Positions 38,493-51,779 of a stretch of DNA of 64,000 nucleotides are shown one piece after another. The notes beneath the pieces were generated by a model. That model was not told the origin of the DNA and did no database searches. It saw only the letters and a program-made list of their open reading frames with translations. Made by a program: the position numbers and the translations under genes. This DNA comes from Podarcis erhardii. Its lineage: Eukaryota. The stretch lies in assembly GCA_964252035.1 (NCBI GenBank), contig OZ176200.1; one strand, 5' to 3'. Within the stretch, counting starts at the first letter, position 1, and the number at the start of each line of letters is the position of its first letter.

Positions 38493-38586
38493 TAGGACTG
38501 CAATACTAATAATGTCTACTCAGAAATTAAGTCTCACTGAATTCAGTGGCACTTACTACCAGCTAAGTGGAGTTAGGACTGCAGTC
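38493..38586. mobile_element. Short palindromic MITE (ctgcaat.ct...aggactgcag)
   Basis: Inverted ends with central ctactcagaa.t.aagtc...actgaattcagtgg.acttac, typical of an abundant squamate foldback repeat. Confidence 0.55.
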
Positions 38587-38833
38587 TTGAGTAGGGGTGG
38601 CTAACCTGTGCTCCCTGATGATGCTGGACTACAACTCCCATCATCCCTGACCATGGGCCATACTGTAACAGACATGCCAGGAGATGATGAATCGAAAATA
38701 AACTTTCTTCAGGTAAAACAGACTATGGTGAAGCCATAAAATGTTGACCTGCAAGATCCTTTAGTATTTATCTACACTCATTATTTGCACTTTACAGAAT
38801 ACCAAGATTGATGGTAACCTATCCCAACACCTA

Positions 38834-39142
<309 letters not shown>

Positions 39143-40069
39143 TCAGCAGGTAGGAGGTGAGGGGGGCTGAGAGGAAAGGAGAATCCTTTTGTGCCTGTTG
39201 ACACAACTGGAACTTCCCCAATGCTGAGGTAAGCCATTTTTAAAAAATCTGGCTCGTGCTTTTGGCAAAGCTTTTGCTTTGTTTCTCATGTAAGATTTAT
39301 AAAGTCTCAGAAGAAACCATAGCCCTCTCTTTAGATGTTACATTATCAGGGGGAAAAAAGAAGGAACAGGCATGGGGCAAATGTGCTAACCCGACCCCCG
39401 CATCATTCTCATCAGCATCCAAGTTCTGGAGGGCAACTGCCTGAAGATTGGAGCCACTTGTGCACAGGGAGCCTCCAGGAGTACAGCAGGCTTCTGACAT
39501 CAGACAAGTCTCCTTCAACATCCCTGCCTGCCCCAACATTTTTAATGGCAATTTCTCACTACAAGAGCAATCTGCAGCAAGCCCTAGAAACATGCACTCC
39601 CTTCCTTCATTTCTGCTATACCAATGACAAGCTTTTGATTTTAAAGTAACAGGAGCTTTCAATGATTTCCAAACCCAAGATACCAAGGTGCTTTGCTTAT
39701 ATTCATGTTATCCATCTATCTATATAATATATAAATATATATACACATATGTGCACGCACACACACCCCACCCAAACAAAATATTAACAAAAAATACTGC
39801 TAAACCATATAAAGGAAAATAAACTGATTAGGTCTGAATTGGATCAAAGTCTGTGCAGTGCTGGCTCCTGCATTCTCCACCAAGAGCAATGTGAGTTGGG
39901 AAATCTTGGCTGCCAAAGGTAACAATGCTGTTTTATCAGGCACACCACCTCTAAACTGGAGCAAGCTAGATTGAAGGTTAAAGATCCGAGTTGCTGTTGC
40001 CATCAGATCATCACTAAGATCATATTCCAACAATAAAGGAACCAGGATATTTTGAGTTGTATTTAACTA

Positions 40070-40384
<315 letters not shown>

Positions 40385-40733
40385 TTAAATGATACATTTA
40401 ATGGCATTTGTTTTGCTAAAATGCTCAGTATCAAACATTACCAACAGATTAAGAGGCGGCATTTTGTAGCAAATCCGCCAGTCTGAAGCAACTGCATAAC
40501 TTCATCACTGAACAAGAAAGAGACATCACACTACTTTTCATTGCCAGGATGCGTGCATAATTCCGGATAGACTAGAAGACTATCTTCAAGAAATGCCTAT
40601 GGTGTAACCACATCAAGCTTTTGCTCTATTTTGTTCGGAACTAAATTAAGTAGTGCCACATTAAGGAAAAGACATTGTCATTTATAGAAATCTAGATATG
40701 ATATTTGTTAAAATGTAGAGGAAGACAGATTTA

Positions 40734-40922
<189 letters not shown>

Positions 40923-41615
40923 TCACTTTGCTCCCACTCTTTAACACTGATCAGTCAACATCCCAATCCTTGCCAAATGTGTGATAACCAAGAGAGTATA
41001 AAATGTGTAATCATACGTAACTCATGTTTAATATTACAAAATCATTCCAGCTTGCAAAGCTAAAATAAAAGAACTAATGTGTTAACAATTTAGATTTTTT
41101 TAAAAGTTCTATGTGTTGTATTCCAGCTCCTGCCATTTCTTTTCTCCCATTGCTTGGATGAAAGGTTTTTGTATTTTTAAAACACACAGCAATGGATCCC
41201 TTCCTTGCTTGCATCCATTCCCAATACATATTTTGCCAACAGTCTCAGTGACAACTTCTCACACACTGCAGTCTTTGTACAAATGCAGAGGCAACCATGG
41301 TTTGTATCTAGACTTTCAAATGGCTGCAGAGTCGGAGTTTCACTCAACAGAAAAGGGGAGGGAATAGACTTCTGCCAAGTCCTCCTCCTCCATATAAATC
41401 TGCACCAGACAGGAGGCATGGGCAGCAGAAGTAGAAATTGGAGAACATAACCTTGCAACAGTGACTTTGCACAAATTGTTATTCCCCATAGCACAGTATT
41501 TGAAACAGTATTTTAAAGTGTTGTTTTTTAATTCACATTCCCCTCTTAAGTCAACCCAGGCTCAAGTTTTAAATTTAGAACTGTACAACTAGTATTATGC
41601 ATTAGATTTATCTTA

Positions 41616-41840
<225 letters not shown>

Positions 41841-42127
41841 TTACGAAGATTTCTTTTAACACTGCACACAGGGAGAGAGTTTCAAAGTACTTAGTACACA
41901 ATTGCTTCCCCTCAAAACAACAACAACCCAGTTTTTAAAAAACTGTTCAGGAGAAAAACAAGTTAAATTTATTTATTTAAAATATATACATAACTTTTTT
42001 TTTACATGTTTCTCAAAGTGGCATACGAAGAAAAACATACAACTTACACAATTTTAAAAGGATTAAAAATATCAGAAAATAGGAACATCAGGGCAACATT
42101 CAAACCATGAGCTCACTTGAGCTGTCA

Positions 42128-42265
<138 letters not shown>

Positions 42266-42674
42266 CTATGAAGACATGAAGTAAATCATGTAAGTCCTCA
42301 AATCAGTACTTCTGTTTGTGCAACGGTAGCTTTAGGAATGCTAGCTAAGGTAAGAATGGATGCATCTAAATTGTGCAGTGGGGCATAGTTGTCAAATGTA
42401 CTGATTCAGATTATTTGGTGGCAAAAGTGGGTAAATATTCTGCTTGGTATGTTTTTATTATAAAAATAAAAGAATATTTGTACAAACGACTGTCACATTT
42501 CTTTGCTTTTCCTGTAAAAATGATAAACTACCATAAAACTAGGAAATGATAAATTTGGTACACAAGACACTTTCTATATTCATGAGTATTTTTAGCCTTC
42601 TCATAATTTACTTACACTTCTAGAAATGGTGCATCAATCAGTTCGTACATGAAAGCAAACCATAGTTAACAGAT

Positions 42675-42937
42675 TCAGGTAGGTAGCCGTGTTGGTCTGA
42701 CGCAGTTGAAATATATTAAAAAATTGTCCAGTAGCACCTTAGAGACCAACTAAGTTTGTTCTTGGTATAAGCTTTCGTGTGCATGCACACTTCTTCAGAT
42801 ACACTGAAACAGAAGTACTATATATAAGTGTCTGGTGACTTTTGTTTTAGTGTATCTGAAGAAGTGTGCATGCACAAGAAAGCTTGTATCAAGAACAAAC
42901 TTAGTTGGTCTCTAAGGTACTACTGGACAATTTTTTT
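42675..42937. mobile_element. Penelope-like element terminal repeat with inverted duplication (hairpin)
   Basis: Arms 42718-42816 and 42838-42937 are reverse complements with few mismatches, 21-nt spacer; ttagttggtctctaaggt.ctactgg and ccaacacggctacc motifs typical of reptile Penelope pLTRs. Confidence 0.85.
42766..42804 (-). ncRNA. Minimal type I hammerhead ribozyme motif (Penelope-associated)
   Basis: Minus strand GUGUAU-CUGAAGA-A-GUGUGC-AU-GCACAC-GAAA-GC-UU-AUAC: both core boxes, 6-bp stem II, stem I GUAU/AUAC. Confidence 0.7.
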
Positions 42938-43583
42938 GTTTGTTTACATAGTTATCAGATTACTGTTAACACACCTATCTGGACTGCTTTGTTTCGTCCT
43001 ATAGCATACAGAGGAAACAAACCACAATCTGATTGAAACATAGCACTAAGCCAGGGTTTGTCATTTGCTTTCCCCCTAGTGCTAGTAAAGAGAAGCAAAG
43101 CATGCATGATTGGCTTGTATATGATTTAGCCTTTGTTTATGGCTTATCATGAGTGAATATGGCTAGTGTTGCATTCCTTATTTTCTAACTTTTTTTGATA
43201 GGGTGGTAAGCTAATAAAAACATAGGGCTTCGTCCTTTTGATTCTGCAGTGATGTTTCATTAGTAACATTTGGGATGTAATACCACTTAATAAAGCAACA
43301 TCTGACTCTTCAGAGTGAGAATTTACAAAGAGTAAGCGGATACCGGTAATTGAAGTTTTTAAACACAACCGTTTTTCCTTCTCTTCATTCCGCCCCCCCC
43401 CCCACGGCCAATTCTGCAAATGTGGAACTGTTGTGCCACCAGAATGCTCTTCTCACATAAAAATTTCATTTGTCTTTCCTTCTTTGGTCCCACTGCCCCC
43501 CGCAAAAGACCTAAACAAATGTAAGAATTTTTCACCAATACTGGAGCATGATGTGAAAGTTTATACCAAGTGCATTTTGGCTA

Positions 43584-43832
<249 letters not shown>

Positions 43833-45294
43833 TTAAAGAACAGCATGCTGCTTTAGCAAAAACCAGTACTAATTAAATGTAAGCGACACTAAGAGTAGGA
43901 ACTGTAAACAATAGAGCTAATGTCTCCCCGGAAGTGACAGCATACACAATTGAACCCCAACAGACTTCAGGCATAATGTGGTTCCAGGATACAGCATTAT
44001 ATGACAGCTTCTAGCCATTGGGTTAAATCCTTAAAAGATCAAGCAAATCACTGCTCATGCAACAGGGCTTTCCTGGCTCCTCCTTTCCACTACAAACCAT
44101 GCAACTCCCCATCTCTCCCCCCACCCCCCCCCACACAAAAAGAGCTCTTGAGGGTCGATAGACCCTCTAGACCTATGTGGGATGGGGTAGTTCCGATTTC
44201 TTCAGAACTAAAAATATATTGGTTCTCCACTGAGAAGGAAGAAGCAATTTCATACCTGACAGTAGTTATCAGACCAGTAATTTTAAAGAGCTGTTTGCTC
44301 TAATGTGCTAGTTTTCTTGCAAATCAGGTAAAGGCTGAAGGCAATTTAATAAGGCGTTAATAAGACTGTTATGTATGAAATGCCCTTGACTTCTTTTCAA
44401 AACCCAATCCATGAACTAATTCATACACTTTGCACCTGTTTACACAGCCTACGTGCTGTATGGTGCATGTTCAAATGAGTTTGCAAATGAATACATTTTT
44501 GTGTGTATATATGTTTTTGTTTGGATTTGAATGAATGTGGACATGAGGGGGGGGGGATGGGGAAGAGGTAGCATAGCCTGGAAGATTAGCTATGAGGGAA
44601 ATACAGCCCTTGGGCTGAAGTTTCCCAACTCTAATAAAATATACCCTTCTAATGGCCAAACTACACATTACATTATTCATAGTATTTTAAAAGTATACTT
44701 AAACATGTTCTAAAACTTTTGTTCCACAGAACTGCCCATATATATATCCAAAGGAAGAAAATAATGGCTTGGACATGGCACTGTCAAGTCCATTCATACT
44801 TATCTCAGCTTGCCACGCCTTTTCACTTTCCCAGGATGCATATGAAAGCCTTCCGCATCTAGTCTTGATCTCCCTCCACTCACTGGATGTGAAGGGAGAT
44901 CAACTAGGTGCTTCTGCCTCTTATAAGTGGCAATACAACATAGCACTTAGGAATGGAGAAAGAAAGATTAATCTACAGGGGAAATCACTCCAAATTTGCT
45001 AGGAAGGCTCCCAAGGAGTGGGAGGGTTGACTCTGTATCCACTAATTTCCTCATCTGTCTGCTATGGAGTACAAAACAATTCCTAACCCTTATTTTAACC
45101 AAGTCTATTCATGCACAAAAAAGGGTGTGAGGCACACAAGTTCAGAAGCAGTAAAAAGGTGGGGAGGCGAGTTATTTCCTTTCGCATTCCCCACTTTTTT
45201 TTTTTGCCAAATCCACTTCCCCACCCCCACCCCAAGTACTGTCTTGAAAAAAAATAGAGATTAGTGCACACCAACTAGACATAGCAATACTTAC

Positions 45295-45582
45295 TCTGAG
45301 GATTCCTGTTTAGGAGCTTCTTCGACAGAGTTTGTCACAACTTCTGCAGTCTGTTCCTGTACAACAGCAGCTGGCTGTACCTGCTCATCAGCTGTAGCAG
45401 TGACCCTTTCATTTTCTATAACAGTAGCAACAGTGGAAGGCTCAGTTTCCGGAGCCGATGCAACAGCTGGAGCAGCAGGGACTGCTGGGGCAGCTATAGG
45501 AGCTTCAGGAACAATGGCTGCAGCATTTGTAACCCCTGGTGCGACTGCAGACGATGGTGGAACAGATTCCTCTGGTTTACCG
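45295..45582 (-). CDS. PRPF40A: PRPF40A low-complexity Ala/Pro/Val linker exon (GKPEESVPPSSAVAPG...KQESS)
   Basis: tgtag acceptor, GA|gtaagt donor, 288 nt open frame, phase 2-2 fits both neighbours. Confidence 0.88.
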
Positions 45583-46174
45583 CTACATAAACAGCAGACA
45601 TCATATTTGTGTTAATAACCCTGCCAATCACAGGAACAATGCATTTATCATTGAGAATTATTCCGGGGGAAATCCAATTTCTCTTCAGATTTTGGCAGCC
45701 TACAACCTTCTTACTGGATTGTGGTTTATGTCTTTAATTATATATTTATAATACATACTTTCATTTTAAAAATTCAAGGAGCATAGAATCAGCATAAAAA
45801 TAACATTAAAAACATCATTAAATCTTCTAGAGTGCAATTGGCCAGCCTAAACAACATAGTTTTCAGGAAAAGCATGAATGGAAGGATAGTTCCTGCCAGC
45901 TCTCTACTGGTAAAGTTCCATAAGGTAGGGTCTGATGTATATGGCTTTCCGATTACTGGTTCCAACTGTCCAATGTAAACTTACACATTATGAAAAAAAC
46001 TGCAGACTTCTAGGTTTGCAGAATGCAGTGCTGAAGACTAATAGTTAGCTTAATTTGCCATGCTAATTAAAAAAAGCCAGTTCTGCAATTTGTTTGAAAG
46101 AAAAGGCGAAGTGAACAACTATGTCCATATGTTCCCAAATCCCCCTCCTCTATTAGGTAATGTATATGTTTCAC

Positions 46175-47307
46175 CCTTAAGCAGTATGTGGACCGAGGAC
46201 TCCCAGAAGTGCAAGCTGGATTTCGAAGGGGCAGAGGAACCAGAGACCAAATTGCAAACATGCACTGGATTATAGAGAAAGCTAGAGAGTTCCAGAAAAA
46301 CATCTACTTCTGCTTCATTGACTACGCAAAAGCATTTGACTGTGTTGATCACAGCAAACTATGGCAAGTTCTTAAAGAAATGGGAGTGCCTGATCACCTC
46401 ATCTTTCTCCTGAGAAATCTCTATGTGAGACAAGAAGCTATAGTTAGAACTGGGTCTGGAACAACTGATTGGTTCAAAAGTGGGAAAGGTGTATGACAAG
46501 GCTGTATATTGTCTCCCTGCTTATTTAACTTATATGCAGAATTCATCATGTGCAAGGCTGGACTGGATGAATGGCAGAAAGTGAGGAAGAATTGAAGAAC
46601 CTTTTAATGAGGGTGAAAGAGGAGAGCGCAAAATATGGTCTGAAGCTCAAGATCAAAAAAACTAAGATCAGGGCCACTGGGCCCATCACCCCCTGGCAAA
46701 TAGAAGGGGAAGAAATGGAGGCAGTGAGAGATTTTACTTTCTTGGGCTCCATGATCACTGCAGATGGTGACAGCAGTCACAAAATTAAAAGACGCCTGCT
46801 TCTTGGGAGAAAACCAATGACAAACCAAGGCAGCATCTTAAAAAGCAGAGGCATCACCTTGCCGACAAAGATCTGTATAGTTAAAAGCTATGGTTTTCCC
46901 AGTAGTGATGTATGGAAGTGAGAGATGGACCATAAAGAAGGCCGAATGCCGAAGAATTGATGCTTTTGAATTCTGGCGCTGGAGAGTCCCATGGACTGCA
47001 AGAAGATCAAACCTATCCATTCTGAAGGAAATAAGCCCTGAGTGCTCACTAGAAGGACAAATCCTGAAGCTGAGGCTCCAATACTTTGGCCACCTCATGA
47101 GAAGAGAAGACTCCCTGGAAAAGACTCTGATGCTGGGAAAGATGGAGGGCACAAGGAGAAGGGGACGACAGAGGATGAGATCAGTGGACAGTGTTCTCGA
47201 AGCTACCAACATGAGTTTGACCAAATTGTGGGAGGCAGTGGAAGACAGGAGTGCCTGGGCTGCTCTGGTCCATGGGGTCACGAAGAGTCGCACATGACTA
47301 AATAACA
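46175..47307 (+). mobile_element. 5'-truncated RTE/Bov-B LINE with 11-bp TSD
   Basis: RT fragments ELPEVQAGFRRGRGTRDQIAN, QGCILSPCLFNLYAE, WTIKKAE; GGGGTCACGAAGAGTCG 3' end; ATATGTTTCAC at 46164-46174 and 47308-47318. Confidence 0.95.
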
Positions 47308-47558
47308 ATATGTTTCACTACTAAGAAATACTCAGGAGATTCTGAAATAAAATGTGTTTAAGGCAACAACAACCACCACCACCCAATGCAATAATGCATG
47401 TGGAGGCAGCCGAGCAGAGGAAGGTGAAGTTTAGTGTGCAAGTTGAAGTCTGTTCTACCCACAAACAGCTAGTGTAAATATAGTTGTATTGATACCACCC
47501 TTCTTTTAAAAGTCCCAGCTCATGGAATTTTTCTCGAGTAAAATATTTTCAAACATAC

Positions 47559-47583
47559 CTGTTTTCTTCAGCTTTAATCATTG
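47559..47583 (-). CDS. PRPF40A: PRPF40A 25-nt microexon (AMIKAEENS)
   Basis: ttttgtgcag acceptor, AG|gtatgt donor, phase 1-2 needed for frame; matches the AMIKAEE segment. Confidence 0.92.
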
Positions 47584-48168
47584 CTGCACAAAAGAAATAA
47601 ATTGTTGTCAGATTTATTTATAAGTTGAATAAAATTGCATATTAGAAGATAAAGTATGTTAAGACAAGTATTAAACTGATCCAAATGCAATAAATTGCAT
47701 CAAAATATTGAGCTGCAAAGTAAGACTGTGGCGTCTGCGTGGAACTTGGGAATAGAGGCAACAATTCTCTCACTTAAAAATTACTGAAGGAAGCTACTAC
47801 TACTGGGTGACAGCTGCTCTTTCAAGCGATTCCACAATAGCTATTGTGGTCAATTATGTTATTTTCGTCTTTGTCCATGACAGCTTAGCCAACATATTCT
47901 CCCTTTTCCTCCCCCAATAAAGACATTTATTAGATTAGGGACAGTTTCATTATATAATAGCATCCAATCCTGACTTCAATGACTAGAGTTATCTCTGCTA
48001 CCCAGAGAATACGGTGTATGCCAGGATTGCAACCTATGGCTCTCCAGAAGTTGCGGCATGACAACATCCACCATCATTTTGGCCATGATGGTTGTGGTTG
48101 ATGGAAGCTGAACAACATCAGGAAGGCCACAGGTTAGCCAAGCCCTGGATTATACCCAATAGGTGCTA

Positions 48169-48330
<162 letters not shown>

Positions 48331-48698
48331 CTAGAGAACAGAATGTTTAGAAAAAACGTTTTAAAAATCATTCCGTAATATGACACACCATATATTAAAA
48401 ATGCCTATAAAATCAAAGGAGAGGCATGCAAAGCCACATCAAAAGAAACAAAGGACAAAATATAAAGGGCTGCACGTGAAATACCATGCCTGTAATGGAG
48501 CTTTTGGGGCACCCTCTTCCCACTGCAGCCCCTCAAAAAGCTAATCCTGAAGTTTAGGGAACTCTCCAGAGTAGGATTCAATGTGGCACGAAAGGCTGCA
48601 GCTGGAAAGGAAAACTGGCACACACTCCAGTGATAAAAGGCATTTTATACTCACTGAAAACATGGTCAATTAAATAGGCACTCTTCTCAATTTGTTTA

Positions 48699-48815
<117 letters not shown>

Positions 48816-48912
48816 CTATGAAAAACAAAGCTTCGTATCAATAAATTCTGCAACATGTCTAGGAAGTGCAAGACAAAGTGCCACAGAAATGTCTACAGGG
48901 GTAAATTGATAC

Positions 48913-48990
48913 CTGTTTGGAAGGTTCCTCATTAGCAGAGCTGTTGGCCGGGGTGACTTGCTGCACTGAACAAACTACTGGAGGTGTAGG
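48913..48990 (-). CDS. PRPF40A: PRPF40A 78-nt exon (PTPPVVCSVQQVTPANSSANEEPSKQ), possibly a cassette
   Basis: atttag acceptor, CAG|gtatca donor, phase 0-0, open frame; resembles a segment I recall from bird orthologues. Confidence 0.75.
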
Positions 48991-49849
48991 CTAAATATTG
49001 AAGAGGAAAGCACACTTCTGAAGAAAATATAGCAGCTTACTTTTTCTTTAAAACAATGTAAGATTGCAAACAGAAGAATACACAGCCATAAGTACAGCAT
49101 ACCCCCAATCTGTAAAATGGTCCCATTCGGATGCAATGCTAAGCCATGCATGATTCATTAATTCTGGGCTTCACTACTAGGAGTGGCATTAGCGTTCCCA
49201 ACCAATGTCAGAGGACTCACACCAGAATAACTGCAAAGGTGAAGTCCAAGCAAAACTCATCTGCACCTGAAATCTGTAGTCAGGTGAAGCAGACGTCTTC
49301 TCCAAACCAGGGATCTTCTGGGAAGTGATAGCTACCAACTCTACAAAGACCACCACTATCTAGCACTCCTGTTCCTCAGTCTGCAGTCCTAGCTGCCCTC
49401 TCCAAGTCTCCTGCTCACCAGATGCCACTACATCTCCAGGAGCAGTCTGTGATAAGAACATACAAAGAGACTGCTTGATCAGGTCAATGGGAAGCTTAGA
49501 ATGCTGCAGGTATGGTGGCATCCAGTGACAGCTTCTTCCAGGGGAGTTCACCTCCTCCAGAACACACCATCTCCCCACTTTCCAGACTCATAAGCTCTGA
49601 AGATATAGCACCTGTCTTTTCAGAATTCAGCTTTAATTTACTAGTCCATGAGCCATTACCGCCTCCAAGCACCAGTCTAGCCCTTCAACCTCCTCTCCCA
49701 ATTCAGAGGAAACACAGAGACAGAGCTCCCAGCAGTTTCAGAAAGATGCTAAAAACCTCCCCCACCATACCCAGTAACAGTTCAAAAGCATCTATTTCTG
49801 TTCTCAGCAAGTTGTCTCACGAACATATTATGAGTTCTTTAAGAGCACA

Positions 49850-50215
49850 TTATAGATACAGGTGAACTGATTGTCATTGTGTACTTGGACTTTCAAAAAG
49901 GTTTCAACAAGATACCTCACCAAAGCTTTCTGAATAAGCTTAGATGTCATGGATTTAGAAGAGATCTCTTCTTGTGGATCACATATTGTTTAGTAGCAGG
50001 AAGACGAAAGTAGGAATAAATGGGCAGTTCTATGAATGGAAGGAGTCCCCTATGGGCTGATTTTGGGAGCTGTGCTTTCAAAACTAGTTTATTAGCATCT
50101 AGAGTAAATGATGAGTAGTGAGGTGGCCAAGTTGCTAAATTGCTGATAACATTAAATTGTTCAGGGTCATTAAAAAAGAGAAGTTGTGAGGAGCTCCAAA
50201 AGGACCTCTCCAAAG
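49850..50215 (+). mobile_element. Degenerate CR1 reverse transcriptase fragment
   Basis: Decayed YLDFQKxFxKxPH, VGINGQF and VAKFADxxKLFRV-like segments, with frameshifts. Confidence 0.75.
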
Positions 50216-50495
50216 AAAGTGAACTTTTGGGAGCAAATAAAATGTATTTCATTCATGTACATGTTTCAGATGAGCTGACATAAAAGTCAACCATGTTGTT
50301 GTATTTTATGCACATACACTCTTGTTATGCATACATGTGGATGTTTGGAAGGTATGTAAAGGAACCCAGGCATCCAACGCACAGGGCAAGGTGCAATCTC
50401 GCCTTAGAATGGAAGGGAGAAAAATCATGGAAACTGGACAAAGTTTAATACATGAAATTATTAAATTGCCCAAGCAACAAAAGTTCCTTGCTTAC

Positions 50496-50518
50496 CTGAG
50501 TTCCTGGGGGGGCTAAAC
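50496..50518 (-). CDS. PRPF40A: PRPF40A 23-nt microexon (GLAPPGTQ)
   Basis: tttcatag acceptor, CAG|gtaagc donor; the phase 1-0 exon needed to bridge the 31-nt exon to WW1. Confidence 0.85.
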
Positions 50519-51518
50519 CTATGAAATATAAAATGATAAACCACATTTCAGCACAACCAGAACAATCCACACCTCCACATTTGCTTTTAATGTGACTCAA
50601 AAGACTTTCAGACCACATGAAAACATACATGTTAAATTTTACAAGTGACTTACAATTAACCATTTCAAGCAGACTGTATTATGAATTTACATTCTGGCAA
50701 TGAGCAGATAGTAAATGCAGCCAGTCACTTCTTGTTATAAAAGCTTTCCCCCTGAAGCTCACTGAATATTTCAAGAATCTCTCAGTTACTCCTGCCTATT
50801 CATTTTGAGCTTCAAATGAATAATTTTCTCAGAACAGGAAGGCCAGAATCTGAAATGAATGCTCAAAATCTAATGATCCGCAATGATGAAGATCTAACTG
50901 TCATGTTCACAGTTTTATGCAAGAGTCACTATATTCAACTCCAGCACGTTCAAGAGACAATACTCACATGCTAAAACTGGGACCTGTAACAAAACATTGT
51001 AACATGCAATGCTCCTGTTCAGTGTTCCAGTCATAGACAGCCATGTCTCCCTACATGATATTCCCATTTGATTTCCCATTTCCCATTCCTTCCCCATCAA
51101 TCAGTCTGCATTAAATGGCCTGTGGGTAAGCTCAGAGCTTATAAGGATATTTTTGGGGTTCCCCTGCCAAAAGTGTTATTTTTTAACTTTTTTGTGCTTC
51201 TGTAAGCTTCAGGATTCCCAAGCCTAGTGAAATTTCCCTCTTGTGCATGTAAATATTTTAGGTATGCAAGGATGCCACACTCACTCTGGAAATAGAGGGA
51301 AAGATGCTGGTGAAATTCTCCATTGGTAAATGAACAAACTCTTTCAATTTCAATTCATAAATAAGTAAGTGTGAGGTGCATCATACTTCAATCCCAGATG
51401 AATCCTTCCGCAAAAAAATCCTACCTCCTTGTCAACCGAGTGGGAAGCACCTCAATGTTTTAGTTCCTTGAGAATTAGTAAATAGGAAGAAGGGATATTT
51501 TCAAATTCTCCTTACATA

Positions 51519-51642
51519 CAGGCATTTGTGCATGTTTGGCATGTGCACCATTTTCGGCACCACAAAGGGGCAGAATGGTGGTGGAAGGCTGACACGTTTG
51601 GTACCTCAGAATGGAACCCCCACATAAAAGAGGAGTTGCCTG
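51519..51642. mobile_element. Possible old Tigger/mariner-like MITE remnant
   Basis: TA|CAGGCA...TGCCTG|TA ends; interior degenerate. Confidence 0.35.
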
Positions 51643-51748
51643 TAACTGAATAAAATCTTAATTTTAACCCACATTATTATTAACAAACTTCTTTTTAGTT
51701 TTGAACCTTTTCTGGTTGTTAAATAAATAGTGAATTCTTTTTACATAC

Positions 51749-51779
51749 CAATTTGAGAATCCATACTGTTTACTCCTGG
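51749..51779 (-). CDS. PRPF40A: PRPF40A 31-nt exon (PGVNSMDSQI)
   Basis: cctacag acceptor, G|gtatgt donor, phase 0-1; PGVNSMD recognised. Confidence 0.92.

Noticed and set aside
46838-47308. 156-aa minus-strand ORF
   Set aside because: The usual antisense open frame of the Bov-B 3' end.
49095-49115. Possible 7-nt microexon (ttttacag|ATTGGGG|gtatgc) on -
   Set aside because: No phase need, no homology support, and such matches arise by chance.
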